DNA of 64,000 nucleotides from an uncultured Algibacter sp. Its GTDB lineage: Bacteria; Bacteroidota; Bacteroidia; Flavobacteriales; Flavobacteriaceae. The notes beneath the pieces are model-generated. The model worked only from the letters and a program-made list of their open reading frames with translations. It did no database searches and was not told where the DNA came from. The translations under genes and the position numbers were made by a program. Location: NCBI RefSeq assembly GCF_947487605.1, contig NZ_CANKXK010000011.1, positions 47,759 through 111,758 on the forward strand, given 5' to 3'. The first letter of the stretch is position 1. The number at the start of each line of letters is the position of its first letter. Below are positions 30,373 through 40,832 of the stretch, one piece after another.

Positions 30373-32970
30373 ATGTTAAAAAAAGTATCTTTAGTTGTTT
30401 TCGTATGTTTTCTAGTATTACTATCCTGCAATTCAAAACGAGAAAAAAACATGATTGTTCGAGAATTAAATACTAACTGGAGTTTTAATGAGGTTAATGG
30501 TAAGCTAGGAGGTAAAGCAACTATCCCTGGAACAATCCATACCGATTTGCTGGCCAACAATTTAATTGAAGATCCTTTTTATCGTGTTAACGAAAAAAAG
30601 CAACAATGGATTGACAAAAAAGATTGGGAGTACAATACCAGCTTTAATATTGATGAAGCTATTTTAAAGAAGCGAAATATTATTCTAGACTTTCAAGGTT
30701 TAGACACCTATGCAGATGTTTTCCTTAACGATAGTATAATTTTACAAGCAGATAATATGTTTAGATCTTGGGAGGTGAATGTAAAATCTATTGCAAAGTT
30801 GGGTGAAAACAAGCTTAGGGTTTTGCTACATTCACCAACAAAAAAAGGACTAGAGTTATTAAGTAAATCGCCATATCCGTACCCAGCAATAAATGATCAA
30901 TCCGAAAATGGAGAAATGGGCGATGATAAAGTGTCCATATTCACAAGAAAAGCAGGCTATCATTATGGTTGGGATTGGGGACCAAGGTTAGTAACTTCTG
31001 GTATTTGGCGTCCGGTAGTTTTAAAAGCATGGAACCATACCATCATAGAAAATGTATTTGTAAAACAACCAAAAGTCACTAAAAAAGAAGCATTATTAAC
31101 TTTTGATATCTCTGTAAATATTGACGAGGCATTTTCTGGGGAGCTGCGTATAATAAACTCAGAAACACAGGCAATATACCATTCTGCAGAAGTAAATTTT
31201 AAAGAAGGTAGCGATATAGCTTCGATGTCCTTTTCAATACAGAATCCTAAATTATGGTGGTCTAAAGGCTTAGGCGAACCAAACATGTACAATTTTACAG
31301 TTCAAGTTCTTGATAATAAAGGCAATGAGATTACAAAAAAGGAAATTGCAACAGGTATAAGAGATATAAAGTTAATAAGAGAAAAAGATGAGTTTGGTGA
31401 ATCTTTTTTATTTAAAGTGAATGGTATTTCTACATTTATTAAAGGCGCAAACTATATACCCAACGATAATTTTTTACCCAGAGTTACTAAAAATGATTAC
31501 GACAAAGTAATTAAAGATGCAGTAGATGCCAATATGAATATGCTACGAGTTTGGGGCGGCGGTATATATGAAAATGATTATTTCTATGAGTTGTGTGATA
31601 AAAATGGACTGCTAGTATGGCAAGATTTTATGTTTGCATGTTCTATGTATCCTGGAGACGATGCTTTTTTAGAAAACATAAAGCAAGAAGCTATAGATAA
31701 TGTAATACGATTACGAAATCACCCAAGTATTGCGCTTTGGTGTGGAAATAATGAAATAAATGCAGCTTGGAGCCATTATAATGATGGTGGTTGGGGATGG
31801 AAAGAAGAATATACATATGAGCAGCGCGAAGAAATTCAAAAAGCCTATTTAGATATTTTTCATGAAGTACTACCTAATGTCGTTAAACAATATACTGATG
31901 GTGATGATTACTGGCCTTCTTCCCCACAAGCTGGTTTTGAACCTGAAAAGCATGCAGGTTATGAAAACCCATCTGGAGACATGCATTATTGGGGTGTTTG
32001 GCATGGGCAGCATCCTTTTGAAGATTTTGAAAAATATAAAGCGCGTTTTATGAGCGAATATGGTTTTCAATCATTCCCCAATATAGAAACCGTTAAAAAG
32101 TATGCCATTCCTGAAGATTACGATATTGAGAGTGAGGTTATGGCGTCTCATCAAAGAAGTGGCATTGGTAATCTTAGAATTAAGGAATATATGGGGTGGG
32201 ATTACAAAGTTCCCGAAAATTTTGAGGTATTTCTATATATGAGTCAAGTACTGCAAGCCCGTGGAGTAAAAATGGCAATCGAGGCACATCGTAGAGCTAT
32301 GCCCTATTGTATGGGAACTATGTATTGGCAAATAAACGATTGCTGGCCAGTAGCAAGTTGGAGTAGTACAGATTATTATCATAAATGGAAGGCTTTACAT
32401 TATGCTGTAAAAAAAGTATACAAACCAATAATTTTAACTGTACACGAAGAAAATAAAGAATTAAAAATTCATGCCATTTCAGATGAATTGGTAGCTAATA
32501 AAGGAGAATTAAAGCTAACTGTTATAGATTTTAATGGTAATACATTATCAGAAAGTATTATTAACACCGTTATAAACCCTAACACCAGCACAAACCTTTT
32601 TAAAATTGATACTGCAAAATTTGTAAAAGGATTTAATACAAAATCAATAGTTTTAAAAGTAGCATTTATTAAAGAAGGGCTACAAATTGCCGATAATTTA
32701 TATTATTTCGAAAAACCAAAAAATCTTGCCTTTGAAAACCCGACCATCTCAAAGGAAATTATAAAAGAAGAAGGGAAAACATATTTAAAACTTTCAACCG
32801 ATAAGTTGATAAAAGATTTATACATTAATTTTAAAAACCACAGTGTATTTTTAGCTGATAATTATTTTGATATGATACCTAATAAAGATAAACTAGTAGA
32901 GCTAACTGGAGATGTAGATCATATTGATATCAATAACATGGATTTGCTTTACTTATCCAAGGCTGAATAA
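30373..32970 (+). CDS. GH2 beta-mannosidase
   Basis: GWDWGP, KGANYIP, NMLRVWGGGIYE, LWCGNNE, RFMSEYGFQS, WQINDCWP. Confidence 0.92.
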   Translation: MLKKVSLVVFVCFLVLLSCNSKREKNMIVRELNTNWSFNEVNGKLGGKATIPGTIHTDLLANNLIEDPFYRVNEKKQQWIDKKDWEYNTSFNIDEAILKKRNIILDFQGLDTYADVFLNDSIILQADNMFRSWEVNVKSIAKLGENKLRVLLHSPTKKGLELLSKSPYPYPAINDQSENGEMGDDKVSIFTRKAGYHYGWDWGPRLVTSGIWRPVVLKAWNHTIIENVFVKQPKVTKKEALLTFDISVNIDEAFSGELRIINSETQAIYHSAEVNFKEGSDIASMSFSIQNPKLWWSKGLGEPNMYNFTVQVLDNKGNEITKKEIATGIRDIKLIREKDEFGESFLFKVNGISTFIKGANYIPNDNFLPRVTKNDYDKVIKDAVDANMNMLRVWGGGIYENDYFYELCDKNGLLVWQDFMFACSMYPGDDAFLENIKQEAIDNVIRLRNHPSIALWCGNNEINAAWSHYNDGGWGWKEEYTYEQREEIQKAYLDIFHEVLPNVVKQYTDGDDYWPSSPQAGFEPEKHAGYENPSGDMHYWGVWHGQHPFEDFEKYKARFMSEYGFQSFPNIETVKKYAIPEDYDIESEVMASHQRSGIGNLRIKEYMGWDYKVPENFEVFLYMSQVLQARGVKMAIEAHRRAMPYCMGTMYWQINDCWPVASWSSTDYYHKWKALHYAVKKVYKPIILTVHEENKELKIHAISDELVANKGELKLTVIDFNGNTLSESIINTVINPNTSTNLFKIDTAKFVKGFNTKSIVLKVAFIKEGLQIADNLYYFEKPKNLAFENPTISKEIIKEEGKTYLKLSTDKLIKDLYINFKNHSVFLADNYFDMIPNKDKLVELTGDVDHIDINNMDLLYLSKAE

Positions 32971-33252
32971 AATAATCTAAACACCCTTCATTATATTCTA
33001 AACTGATATCAAATATATAAACACAAATAGATTTTATATAGGGAAACACGAAATGAGCCTACAAGCTCTTAGTGTTTCCCTATCTTCACAAAACCATACG
33101 TGTATAAACCCTAAGTGATTTTAGCATAAAACATGCTATTCATATTTTTATTATTTACAGCATATTTTTTTTGAATAATAAAATAAATCGCGTCCATTCT
33201 TTTGCCTATCAATAAAAAAATGTATATTTAAGTACTTGTTTATCAAGACATC

Positions 33253-33447
33253 ATGGATAGAATAGTTGATATTAAAGACCAACAAGACAAACTCAACACA
33301 AAGTATAAACTTTTAGTAGAGCAAGCTTATAATCTTAGACAGACAGACTCTGCTTTAAGTGATATTTCTGAATACAGAGCTATTAAACTACTCAATAAGC
33401 TTAATAGGCTAAAATATCTTTCCAGAGGACAAAATCAATCCGCGTAA
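33253..33447 (+). CDS. Small protein, Lacal_2735-like family
   Basis: KLNTKYKLLVEQAYNL..TD..LSD..EY.A pattern. Confidence 0.6.
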   Translation: MDRIVDIKDQQDKLNTKYKLLVEQAYNLRQTDSALSDISEYRAIKLLNKLNRLKYLSRGQNQSA

Positions 33448-33633
33448 ATATTTAGCATTTCTTTAACCTTTTCTTTACATCTAAAAGACTCATTTACACG
33501 TACTTTATATATATAAAAAGAACGGAAATGAACACACAATTTTGTAGAGTTGGAAAAATAAAACCCAACCTAAGTAAATCAATTAGTTTAAAAGAATTGG
33601 AAAAAAGAATAGCAAATTTTGTAGATGATACTA

Positions 33634-34455
33634 CTAAAGTGCATTATTCTGAAGATTTAAATGGAGCGTTTTAAAGTAAGTAAATGCTTTTGTTAATCTA
33701 GAGCCATACCAAGAAAACATCTCACCATCAACTAATATGAAGGTTGCATTGGAATAAATTTCTTGTAACTCTTTTTCATGCATATCTTTAAAAGGAAAAG
33801 GTTCTGAAGAAAGCATAACGATATCTACACTTTCATTTTTTTTAGAATCTGTTAACTCAATTTCTGGGTAGCGCTCTTTGTCTGAATATACATTTTGAAA
33901 TTTATTTAATTGAAGTAAATAGTTTATAAATGTATGGTTTCCCGCTACCATCCATGGATTCTTCCATATAAAATAAGCAACTTTTAATGAAAACTTGTTT
34001 TTAGTAAACATATTAAAGCTATTTAATTCAGCTTTAATATTATAGATGATAGATGATGCGTTTTCTCTACAATTAAATATTTCTCCATACTGCTGAATTA
34101 AACCTAAACTGTCAGAGATATTATAAATATCAGAAACATGTACTGCACAAATTTGTTCGCATGCTTCAACAATGTCTTTAGTATTCTCCTCTTTATTACA
34201 AAGAATGATATCAGGCAGTAATCCCTTAATCTTATCTAAATGAATTTGTTTAGTCCCCCCAACTACTGCAACATTAGATTTAATATGATGTGGATGCACA
34301 CAGAATTTGGTTATGCCTACTAGACTAGCTTCCAAACCCAAATCACATAATAATTCGGTTTGACTTGGCACTAATGAAATGATGCGTTTTGGAGTTTCTT
34401 TTAAATGAATACTTCTGTTGAGTTGATCTTGAATTTTAACAGGAGTCTTTTTCAT
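33634..34455 (-). CDS. Helical-backbone metal receptor (BtuF/cobalamin-binding-like)
   Basis: PKRIISLVPSQTELL, VGGTK, LSSEPFPF, VDGEMFSWYGSR. Confidence 0.85.
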   Translation of the reverse strand: MKKTPVKIQDQLNRSIHLKETPKRIISLVPSQTELLCDLGLEASLVGITKFCVHPHHIKSNVAVVGGTKQIHLDKIKGLLPDIILCNKEENTKDIVEACEQICAVHVSDIYNISDSLGLIQQYGEIFNCRENASSIIYNIKAELNSFNMFTKNKFSLKVAYFIWKNPWMVAGNHTFINYLLQLNKFQNVYSDKERYPEIELTDSKKNESVDIVMLSSEPFPFKDMHEKELQEIYSNATFILVDGEMFSWYGSRLTKAFTYFKTLHLNLQNNAL

Positions 34456-34518
34456 TACGAGAAAAATTATTGATTTTACGTGACAATCTTTAAACTATTA
34501 ACAGATTCCCACGTTATT

Positions 34519-35346
34519 TCATTCCTCAGAATGGTAGCTTAATTCATGCTTCATTTGCGCCTGTAGCTCCTCAGCTTTTAAAGCCGCCGCTTTTGTAAAA
34601 TCAGTACCATTTGAAGCATAAAGAATACCTCTTGAAGAATTGATTAATAAACCTATATTCTCGCTCATGCCATACCTGCAAACGTCTTGTAAATTACCGC
34701 CTTGAGCTCCAACACCAGGAACAAGTAAAAAACTGTCTGGAATAATTTTTCTAATATCAGCTAAATACTCCGCTTTTGTAGCGCCAACTACGTACATTAA
34801 GTTTTCAGAATGCTTCCAAGATTTTGAAATCTCTAGAACGTGTTTATATACCTCTTTATTTTCAATGTTTTTAGTTTGAAAATCGAAAGCCCCTTGATTT
34901 GAAGTTAATGCTAAAAGAATAGTGTGCTTATTTTCAAAGGCTAAAAAAGGTTCTACTGAATCTTTTCCCATATATGGTGCTACAGTAACAGAATCAAACG
35001 CTAAATCTTCAAAAAAAGCTTTAGCATACATGGTACTTGTATTACCAATATCACCACGTTTTGCATCAGCAATGGTAAAAATATCTGGGTGATTTTCGTT
35101 TAAATAATTAATCGTTTTTTCCAGAGCTTGCCAGCCTTTTATACCATAAGCTTCGTAAAAAGCCGTATTGGGTTTGTATGCCACACATAAATGATGAGTA
35201 GCATCAATAATAGCCTTATTAAAAGCAAAAATGGGATCGTCTTCTTTTAAAAGATGCTCAGGAATTTTATTTAAATCAACATCCAATCCAATACATAGAA
35301 AGGATTTCTTTTTTTTGATTTGCTGTATTAGGTCGCTAGTTGTCAA
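34519..35346 (-). CDS. pyrF: Orotidine-5'-phosphate decarboxylase
   Basis: [42 protein letters not shown]. Confidence 0.96.
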   Translation of the reverse strand: MTTSDLIQQIKKKKSFLCIGLDVDLNKIPEHLLKEDDPIFAFNKAIIDATHHLCVAYKPNTAFYEAYGIKGWQALEKTINYLNENHPDIFTIADAKRGDIGNTSTMYAKAFFEDLAFDSVTVAPYMGKDSVEPFLAFENKHTILLALTSNQGAFDFQTKNIENKEVYKHVLEISKSWKHSENLMYVVGATKAEYLADIRKIIPDSFLLVPGVGAQGGNLQDVCRYGMSENIGLLINSSRGILYASNGTDFTKAAALKAEELQAQMKHELSYHSEE

Positions 35347-35360
35347 TTCTAATAATATTT

Positions 35361-35385
35361 GTCATTCCTGCGAAAGCAGGAATCT
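35361..35385. repeat. REP-like short palindrome
   Basis: GTCATTCCTGCGAAAGCAGGAATCT hairpin; degenerate relative near 60267. Confidence 0.55.
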
Positions 35386-35438
35386 AATTTTACATTGATT
35401 TTTAATGAAATGGAGCCTGTCTTCAGAGGAATAACAGT

Positions 35439-36515
35439 CTATATCACATCATTACTAGCCTTTAACTTCTCTGTGTTTTCAGCTAGTTGCAATTCGTCTA
35501 TAATTTTTTGAATATCTCCATTTACAATGTTCTGTAAATCATAAAGCGTTAAACCAATTCTATGATCAGTAACGCGTCCTTGTGGATAGTTATACGTTCT
35601 AATTTTTGCACTTCTATCACCACTAGTAACCATGGTACCACGTAAAGCGGCATCTTCTTCCATCTTTTTAGCTAACTCCAAATCATATAAACGAGAACGT
35701 AATACTTTAAAAGCTTTCTCTTTATTTTTGTGTTGCGATTTTTGGTCTTGACACTGGGCTACCAAACCTGTAGGCTCATGCGTTAAACGAACAGCTGAAT
35801 AAGTTGTATTTACAGATTGCCCTCCAGGACCAGAAGAACAGAAAAAATCTATTCGTACATCTTTTGGATTAATTTCAACATCAAACTCTTCAGCTTCAGG
35901 AAATACCATTACCGTTGCAGCACTGGTATGTACACGACCTTGAGTTTCTGTTTGCGGTACACGTTGCACTCGATGTACACCAGCTTCAAACTTTAAAGTC
36001 CCATAAACGTCTTCTCCAGAAACTTCAAACTGAATTTCTTTAAAACCGCCGTTAGTACCTTCACTAAAATCTACCGTATCAACACGCCAGCCTTTGCTTT
36101 CACAATATTTAGTGTACATTCTAAATAAATCGCCTGCAAAAATACTCGCTTCATCACCACCAGTTCCTGCACGTAATTCCACAACTGCGTTTTTAGAATC
36201 TTCAGGATCCTTTGGTATTAAAAGAACTTTAATTTCTTCCTCTAGTTTTGGAATACCTTCTTTAGCTTCATCATATTGCATTTTAGCCATTTCTACCATT
36301 TCGGCATCACTACCATCCGCAATTATTTCTTCAGCTTCAGCTAAATTATTGGTGAGTTCAAGATAGACCTCACGCTTATCCATTAAAATTCTTAAATCTT
36401 TATATTCTCGATTAAGCTCAACATAACGCTTTTGATCTGTGATGATATCTGGCTGAATAATTAAATCACTTACCTCATCAAAACGTTGTTTTACTATTTG
36501 TAATTTCTCTAACAT
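35439..36515 (-). CDS. prfA: Peptide chain release factor 1
   Basis: RVPQTE (PxT), [17 protein letters not shown]. Confidence 0.97.
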   Translation of the reverse strand: MLEKLQIVKQRFDEVSDLIIQPDIITDQKRYVELNREYKDLRILMDKREVYLELTNNLAEAEEIIADGSDAEMVEMAKMQYDEAKEGIPKLEEEIKVLLIPKDPEDSKNAVVELRAGTGGDEASIFAGDLFRMYTKYCESKGWRVDTVDFSEGTNGGFKEIQFEVSGEDVYGTLKFEAGVHRVQRVPQTETQGRVHTSAATVMVFPEAEEFDVEINPKDVRIDFFCSSGPGGQSVNTTYSAVRLTHEPTGLVAQCQDQKSQHKNKEKAFKVLRSRLYDLELAKKMEEDAALRGTMVTSGDRSAKIRTYNYPQGRVTDHRIGLTLYDLQNIVNGDIQKIIDELQLAENTEKLKASNDVI

Positions 36516-36634
36516 CTACCTTTTTTAATTGGTGACCAAAAATACGATAATTTATGAATTTTAAGGGCTTCCCTATAACCAGAATAAATGAAAATTAAAA
36601 ATAATATGATGTATTTGACGTTAATAAAGTTACT

Positions 36635-36922
36635 ATGCAACAGTTATCATCAATCTTTCTGTTTTATAAACCTTTCCTTATTTGGTCTTTTGGAGTAAAT
36701 ATTTTTTTATTGGTAATAGGTATTAATATTTTAAGCATTGCTTTTACAAAAATATTACTAACTCTTTTTTTATGGCACATTATTGAAGATACCAAAGAAA
36801 AGAAAATCCTGAAAATTCTAAAAAACAAAGGGTTTACTGCGTTTAAACTATTTTCTATTATTTACCTTATAGATATTTTTTTAAGCGTCCCTTTTCTACT
36901 AGTTCTGAATGAATTTATTTAA
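36635..36922 (+). CDS. Hypothetical membrane protein
   Basis: Hydrophobic 95-aa ORF filling the intergenic gap. Confidence 0.55.
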   Translation: MQQLSSIFLFYKPFLIWSFGVNIFLLVIGINILSIAFTKILLTLFLWHIIEDTKEKKILKILKNKGFTAFKLFSIIYLIDIFLSVPFLLVLNEFI

Positions 36923-36967
36923 CCTTTACAACTTATATTAAACCAAGTAGAGCCTAATCTATCAAGA

Positions 36968-39523
36968 TTATCCACACTTAGAAGACCCGCAATCTTTACA
37001 AGTTAAACAACCTTCTTGATAAATTAAATTTTCTGATTTACAATTGCTACACGTCTGTCCTTTAGCTTTAGTACCATCGGCAACATAACGTTTTAAAGCT
37101 CTTACCACACCATTCTTCCAAGTATTGATTGAAGCACTATCTAGTTGCAGACTATTAATTAAATCTACTATTTTATCTATTGGCATACCATGCCTTAAAG
37201 TACCAGATATTAGTTTGGCATAATTCCAAAATTCAGGATTAAATTTATGAGATAATCCTTCGATAGTTGTTTTATAACCTCTGGTATTTTTATATTGAAA
37301 ATCATACCGAGAACCTCCTTCTTCATTTCTATTTTTAATAATCAAACCATCATTAACCCAACGTGGTATTAAAATACCATCTTCATCATCAGCAAGTCCT
37401 GTAAATATTTCATAAGGCTTATCATCGACTAGCCCTACAAATGCAATCCATTTTTCTTTACTGTTTTGAAAACGCACAACATCGGCTTCTAAAACTTGAG
37501 GCCTTTTTTTAGGAAACACGGTTAAGATACGGTTAGAGTTATCCTTTTTTTCATCATCATTAGAAATTAAAACCCCAGAGCGCGAACCATCTCTATAAAC
37601 GGTAACACCTTTACATCCTACTTCCCAAGCTTTTAAATATAATTCACCTACTAAATCTTCGCTGGCATCATTAGGTAAATTAATAGTAACACTTATAGAA
37701 TGATCGACCCACTTTTGAATAGCTCCTTGCATACTTACCTTACTCATCCAATCAACATCATTTGATGTAGATCCGTAATAAGGTGATTTTTTTATAAGTA
37801 CATCTAACTCTTCCTGTGTGAAGTTTTTAGAGGCGTCTATACCATTCACTTCCATCCATTGTTTAAACCTATGGTGGAATACCACATATTCTTCCCAAGA
37901 ATCTCCAACGTCATCAACAAAATCAATACGTACATCTTTATCTCCTGGGTTTACCTTTCTTCTTCGCTTATAAACTGGCAAGAATACAGGTTCTATTCCC
38001 GACGTGGTTTGCGTCATTAAGCTAGTAGTTCCTGTTGGAGCAATGGTTAAAAGCGCAATATTACGTCTGCCATATTCTAACATTTCATAATACAACTTAC
38101 TATCAGCTTCTTTTAATCTATTTATAAACGGATTTTCTTTCTCTCTATCCGCATCAAAGATGTTAAACGCTCCGCGTTCTTTTGCTAATTGTACAGACGC
38201 TCTATATGCTTCAATTGCAATGGTTTTATGAACTTCTAAGGAAAAAGCATTACCTGCTTCACTTCCATACTGAATTCCTAAAGCAGCTAACATATCGCCT
38301 TCTGCAGTAATTCCTATACCAGTTCTTCTGCCTTGTTCTGCCTTTCTTTTAATGTTAATCCACAAATTACGTTCAATCGCTTTTACTTCATCTAACTCAG
38401 GATCGGAATCTATTTTTTCAAGAATCACATCTATCTTCTCTAATTCTAAATCAATAATATCATCCATTATTCTTTGCGCGTAAGACACATGCTTTTTGAA
38501 TAATTCAAAATTGAAAGATGCGTTATCTGCAAACGGGTTTTCTACATAAGAAAACAGATTAATGGCTAGCAAACGACATGAATCATAAGGACATAATGGA
38601 ATCTCTCCACAAGGGTTTGTAGATACTGTTTTATAACCTAAATCTGCATAACAATCTGGCACAGATTCATTAATAATAGTATCCCAAAACAGAATTCCAG
38701 GTTCGGCAGATTTCCAAGCATTATGCACTATTTTTTTCCAAAGTGCATTCGCATCGATAGGTTTTGAAACTTTAGGGTTAGCACTATATATGGGGTATTT
38801 TTGAATGTAACTGTTTTCGTTTTTAACAGCTTTCATAAAATCATCATCTATTCTAACCGACACATTAGCTCCAGTAACTTTTCCTTGCTCAAGTTTTGCA
38901 TTTATAAAGTCTTCAGAATCTGGATGATTAATTGAAACCGAAAGCATCAATGCTCCTCTACGTCCATCTTGTGCTACTTCTCGGGTAGAATTGGAATAGC
39001 GCTCCATAAACGGTACAATTCCAGTTGATGTTAGTGCAGAATTTTTAACCGCAGACCCTTTTGGACGTATATGTGACAAATCATGCCCTACACCTCCACG
39101 ACGCTTCATGAGTTGTACTTGCTCTTGATCGATTTTCATAATTCCTCCGTAAGAATCAGAGTTTTCAGAATTACCAATTACAAAACAATTAGAGAGTGAT
39201 GCAATTTGGAATGGATTGCCAATACCAGCCATAGGACTACCTTGCGGAACAATATACTTGAACTCTTTAATTAAATTGTATACCTCTTCCTCGGTTAGTT
39301 TATTAGCATATTTAGTTTCAACTCTCGCTATTTCTTTTGAAATTCGGCGGTGCATATCGTCTGGAGTAAGTTCGTAAAGATTACCGTCAGAATCTTTTAA
39401 AGTATATTTATTGAGCCAGACCCGAGCAGCTAAATCGTCGTTTTTGAAGTATTTTAATGAAGCTTCAAATGCTTCTTCATGAGTGAAAGTTTTGGTGAAT
39501 GATTGGGCAAGTTCGAGATTCAT
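36968..39523 (-). CDS. nrdJ: Adenosylcobalamin-dependent (class II) ribonucleotide reductase
   Basis: SNCFV, TNPCGEIPL, IAPTGT, GVTVYRDGSR, C-terminal CxxC..EGC..C..CG.SKC; no beta-subunit gene adjacent. Confidence 0.9.
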   Translation of the reverse strand: MNLELAQSFTKTFTHEEAFEASLKYFKNDDLAARVWLNKYTLKDSDGNLYELTPDDMHRRISKEIARVETKYANKLTEEEVYNLIKEFKYIVPQGSPMAGIGNPFQIASLSNCFVIGNSENSDSYGGIMKIDQEQVQLMKRRGGVGHDLSHIRPKGSAVKNSALTSTGIVPFMERYSNSTREVAQDGRRGALMLSVSINHPDSEDFINAKLEQGKVTGANVSVRIDDDFMKAVKNENSYIQKYPIYSANPKVSKPIDANALWKKIVHNAWKSAEPGILFWDTIINESVPDCYADLGYKTVSTNPCGEIPLCPYDSCRLLAINLFSYVENPFADNASFNFELFKKHVSYAQRIMDDIIDLELEKIDVILEKIDSDPELDEVKAIERNLWINIKRKAEQGRRTGIGITAEGDMLAALGIQYGSEAGNAFSLEVHKTIAIEAYRASVQLAKERGAFNIFDADREKENPFINRLKEADSKLYYEMLEYGRRNIALLTIAPTGTTSLMTQTTSGIEPVFLPVYKRRRKVNPGDKDVRIDFVDDVGDSWEEYVVFHHRFKQWMEVNGIDASKNFTQEELDVLIKKSPYYGSTSNDVDWMSKVSMQGAIQKWVDHSISVTINLPNDASEDLVGELYLKAWEVGCKGVTVYRDGSRSGVLISNDDEKKDNSNRILTVFPKKRPQVLEADVVRFQNSKEKWIAFVGLVDDKPYEIFTGLADDEDGILIPRWVNDGLIIKNRNEEGGSRYDFQYKNTRGYKTTIEGLSHKFNPEFWNYAKLISGTLRHGMPIDKIVDLINSLQLDSASINTWKNGVVRALKRYVADGTKAKGQTCSNCKSENLIYQEGCLTCKDCGSSKCG

Positions 39524-39601
39524 TATTATCTAATAGTTTTAAGTTAGTGATAGTTTAAATTTTGAAAAACATAAAGAAACTAAAACACAACAACTTAAAA
39601 C

Positions 39602-39615
39602 ATGACAAAAATCAT
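39602..39615. promoter_or_regulatory. Crp/Fnr-type palindrome upstream of nrdJ
   Basis: ATGACAAAAATCAT, identical to the box at 51907. Confidence 0.55.
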
Positions 39616-39735
39616 AAACCCCTCCAGCAAAACCAATTAAACTATTGATTATAAGTATTTTATATTTTTATCAACAATAAAAAGTTAACAAATTTCAGAA
39701 AGAAAAATTACGGCACATTATTCAAGATAAAGAAT

Positions 39736-40695
39736 TTAAAAATCCATTGCAACCCCAACACCCAGAAACTGCTTCCACTGCACTTTGGCTCCAGCTTCAT
39801 CAAACTCGCCTTCAATTTCTGTTGGAACTTGGATTTTTACATCATCATCATAACGCAGATGGGAACCTAAAGTAGCTCTTACAAAGCTATTGACTTTAAA
39901 ATCGAAATCGATGCGCCAATCCAGATCAATATTGCCAAAATTATTTATATAATCGGAATACAAACTCACTTGATGCTTTAAACCAATATTTTCAACAATT
40001 TCCATTTCGTAGCTGTTTGTCATCAAAATACCAACTTCACGACGAACGCGTTCACCTTTTTTAATGATATTTCCAAGAGCATCAAAAGTAGCTGGTGTAA
40101 CACCAAATGCTCCAGCATTAGCAAGGTCTTCGTCTAGAACAAACGTTGCCTTTAATGTTAAAGGTGAAAAATAAAAAGACAATTCATCTATTTGTTTTCC
40201 GTACTCCATTCCTCCTCCAAAAAAAACGTACCCAGGAGCCAATAATCTAGAAATAGGATTCTCTTTATTTGGATAATTATATCCATTTGTTAGCTGGGTT
40301 CTAAAGTTTAACCTTGCAGAATAAAACCAATTAGATAAACTATCTGGTTTGTAGCCCATATTAGAATTTATCTCGATTAAATCATCTGTTTTTCTGAGTT
40401 CTCTGGCTTCTTGCTTGTTTACGCCATAGCGAACCTCTACATTATTCTTCCAATTAAAATACTTGTCTTTATAATTGAGGTTAGATTTTATTCCTAATAA
40501 TCCAGAAATTGAATTTGTACCACCAGAATTCCAGTTTACAAAAGCTACCTCACTCAAATCTAAAGAAGCTCTGTTTTGTTGCGTCCATTGAGGGCCTGTG
40601 TATTTTTGTGTTTTCTCTTGTATGAAGAGTGAATCTGGTTGTCCAAAACCTAAATTAAAGAATAAACAAATAAGGATTACTTGAATATGTTTCAT
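39736..40695 (-). CDS. DUF3078 family outer-membrane protein
   Basis: AFVNWNSGG.NS, LRKTDD, APGY..GM, YDDD, terminal Phe. Confidence 0.8.
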   Translation of the reverse strand: MKHIQVILICLFFNLGFGQPDSLFIQEKTQKYTGPQWTQQNRASLDLSEVAFVNWNSGGTNSISGLLGIKSNLNYKDKYFNWKNNVEVRYGVNKQEARELRKTDDLIEINSNMGYKPDSLSNWFYSARLNFRTQLTNGYNYPNKENPISRLLAPGYVFFGGGMEYGKQIDELSFYFSPLTLKATFVLDEDLANAGAFGVTPATFDALGNIIKKGERVRREVGILMTNSYEMEIVENIGLKHQVSLYSDYINNFGNIDLDWRIDFDFKVNSFVRATLGSHLRYDDDVKIQVPTEIEGEFDEAGAKVQWKQFLGVGVAMDF

Positions 40696-40832
40696 GGTTG
40701 TGTTAGGTTATTTTTAATTTTACTTATCAAAAACTGTTCCATTTAAGACATTTGCTTTTATATTCTCTCCATCAAAAAGAATATCAATTTTAAACTATAC
40801 CTCAAGACTGAACTTTGATAATTTTTTTTAAA

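Noticed and set aside
39524..39735. Cobalamin riboswitch upstream of nrdJ (also checked icmF and btuF-like leaders)
   Set aside because: Leaders are short and AT-rich with no GGGAA/GCCACTG-type B12-box core
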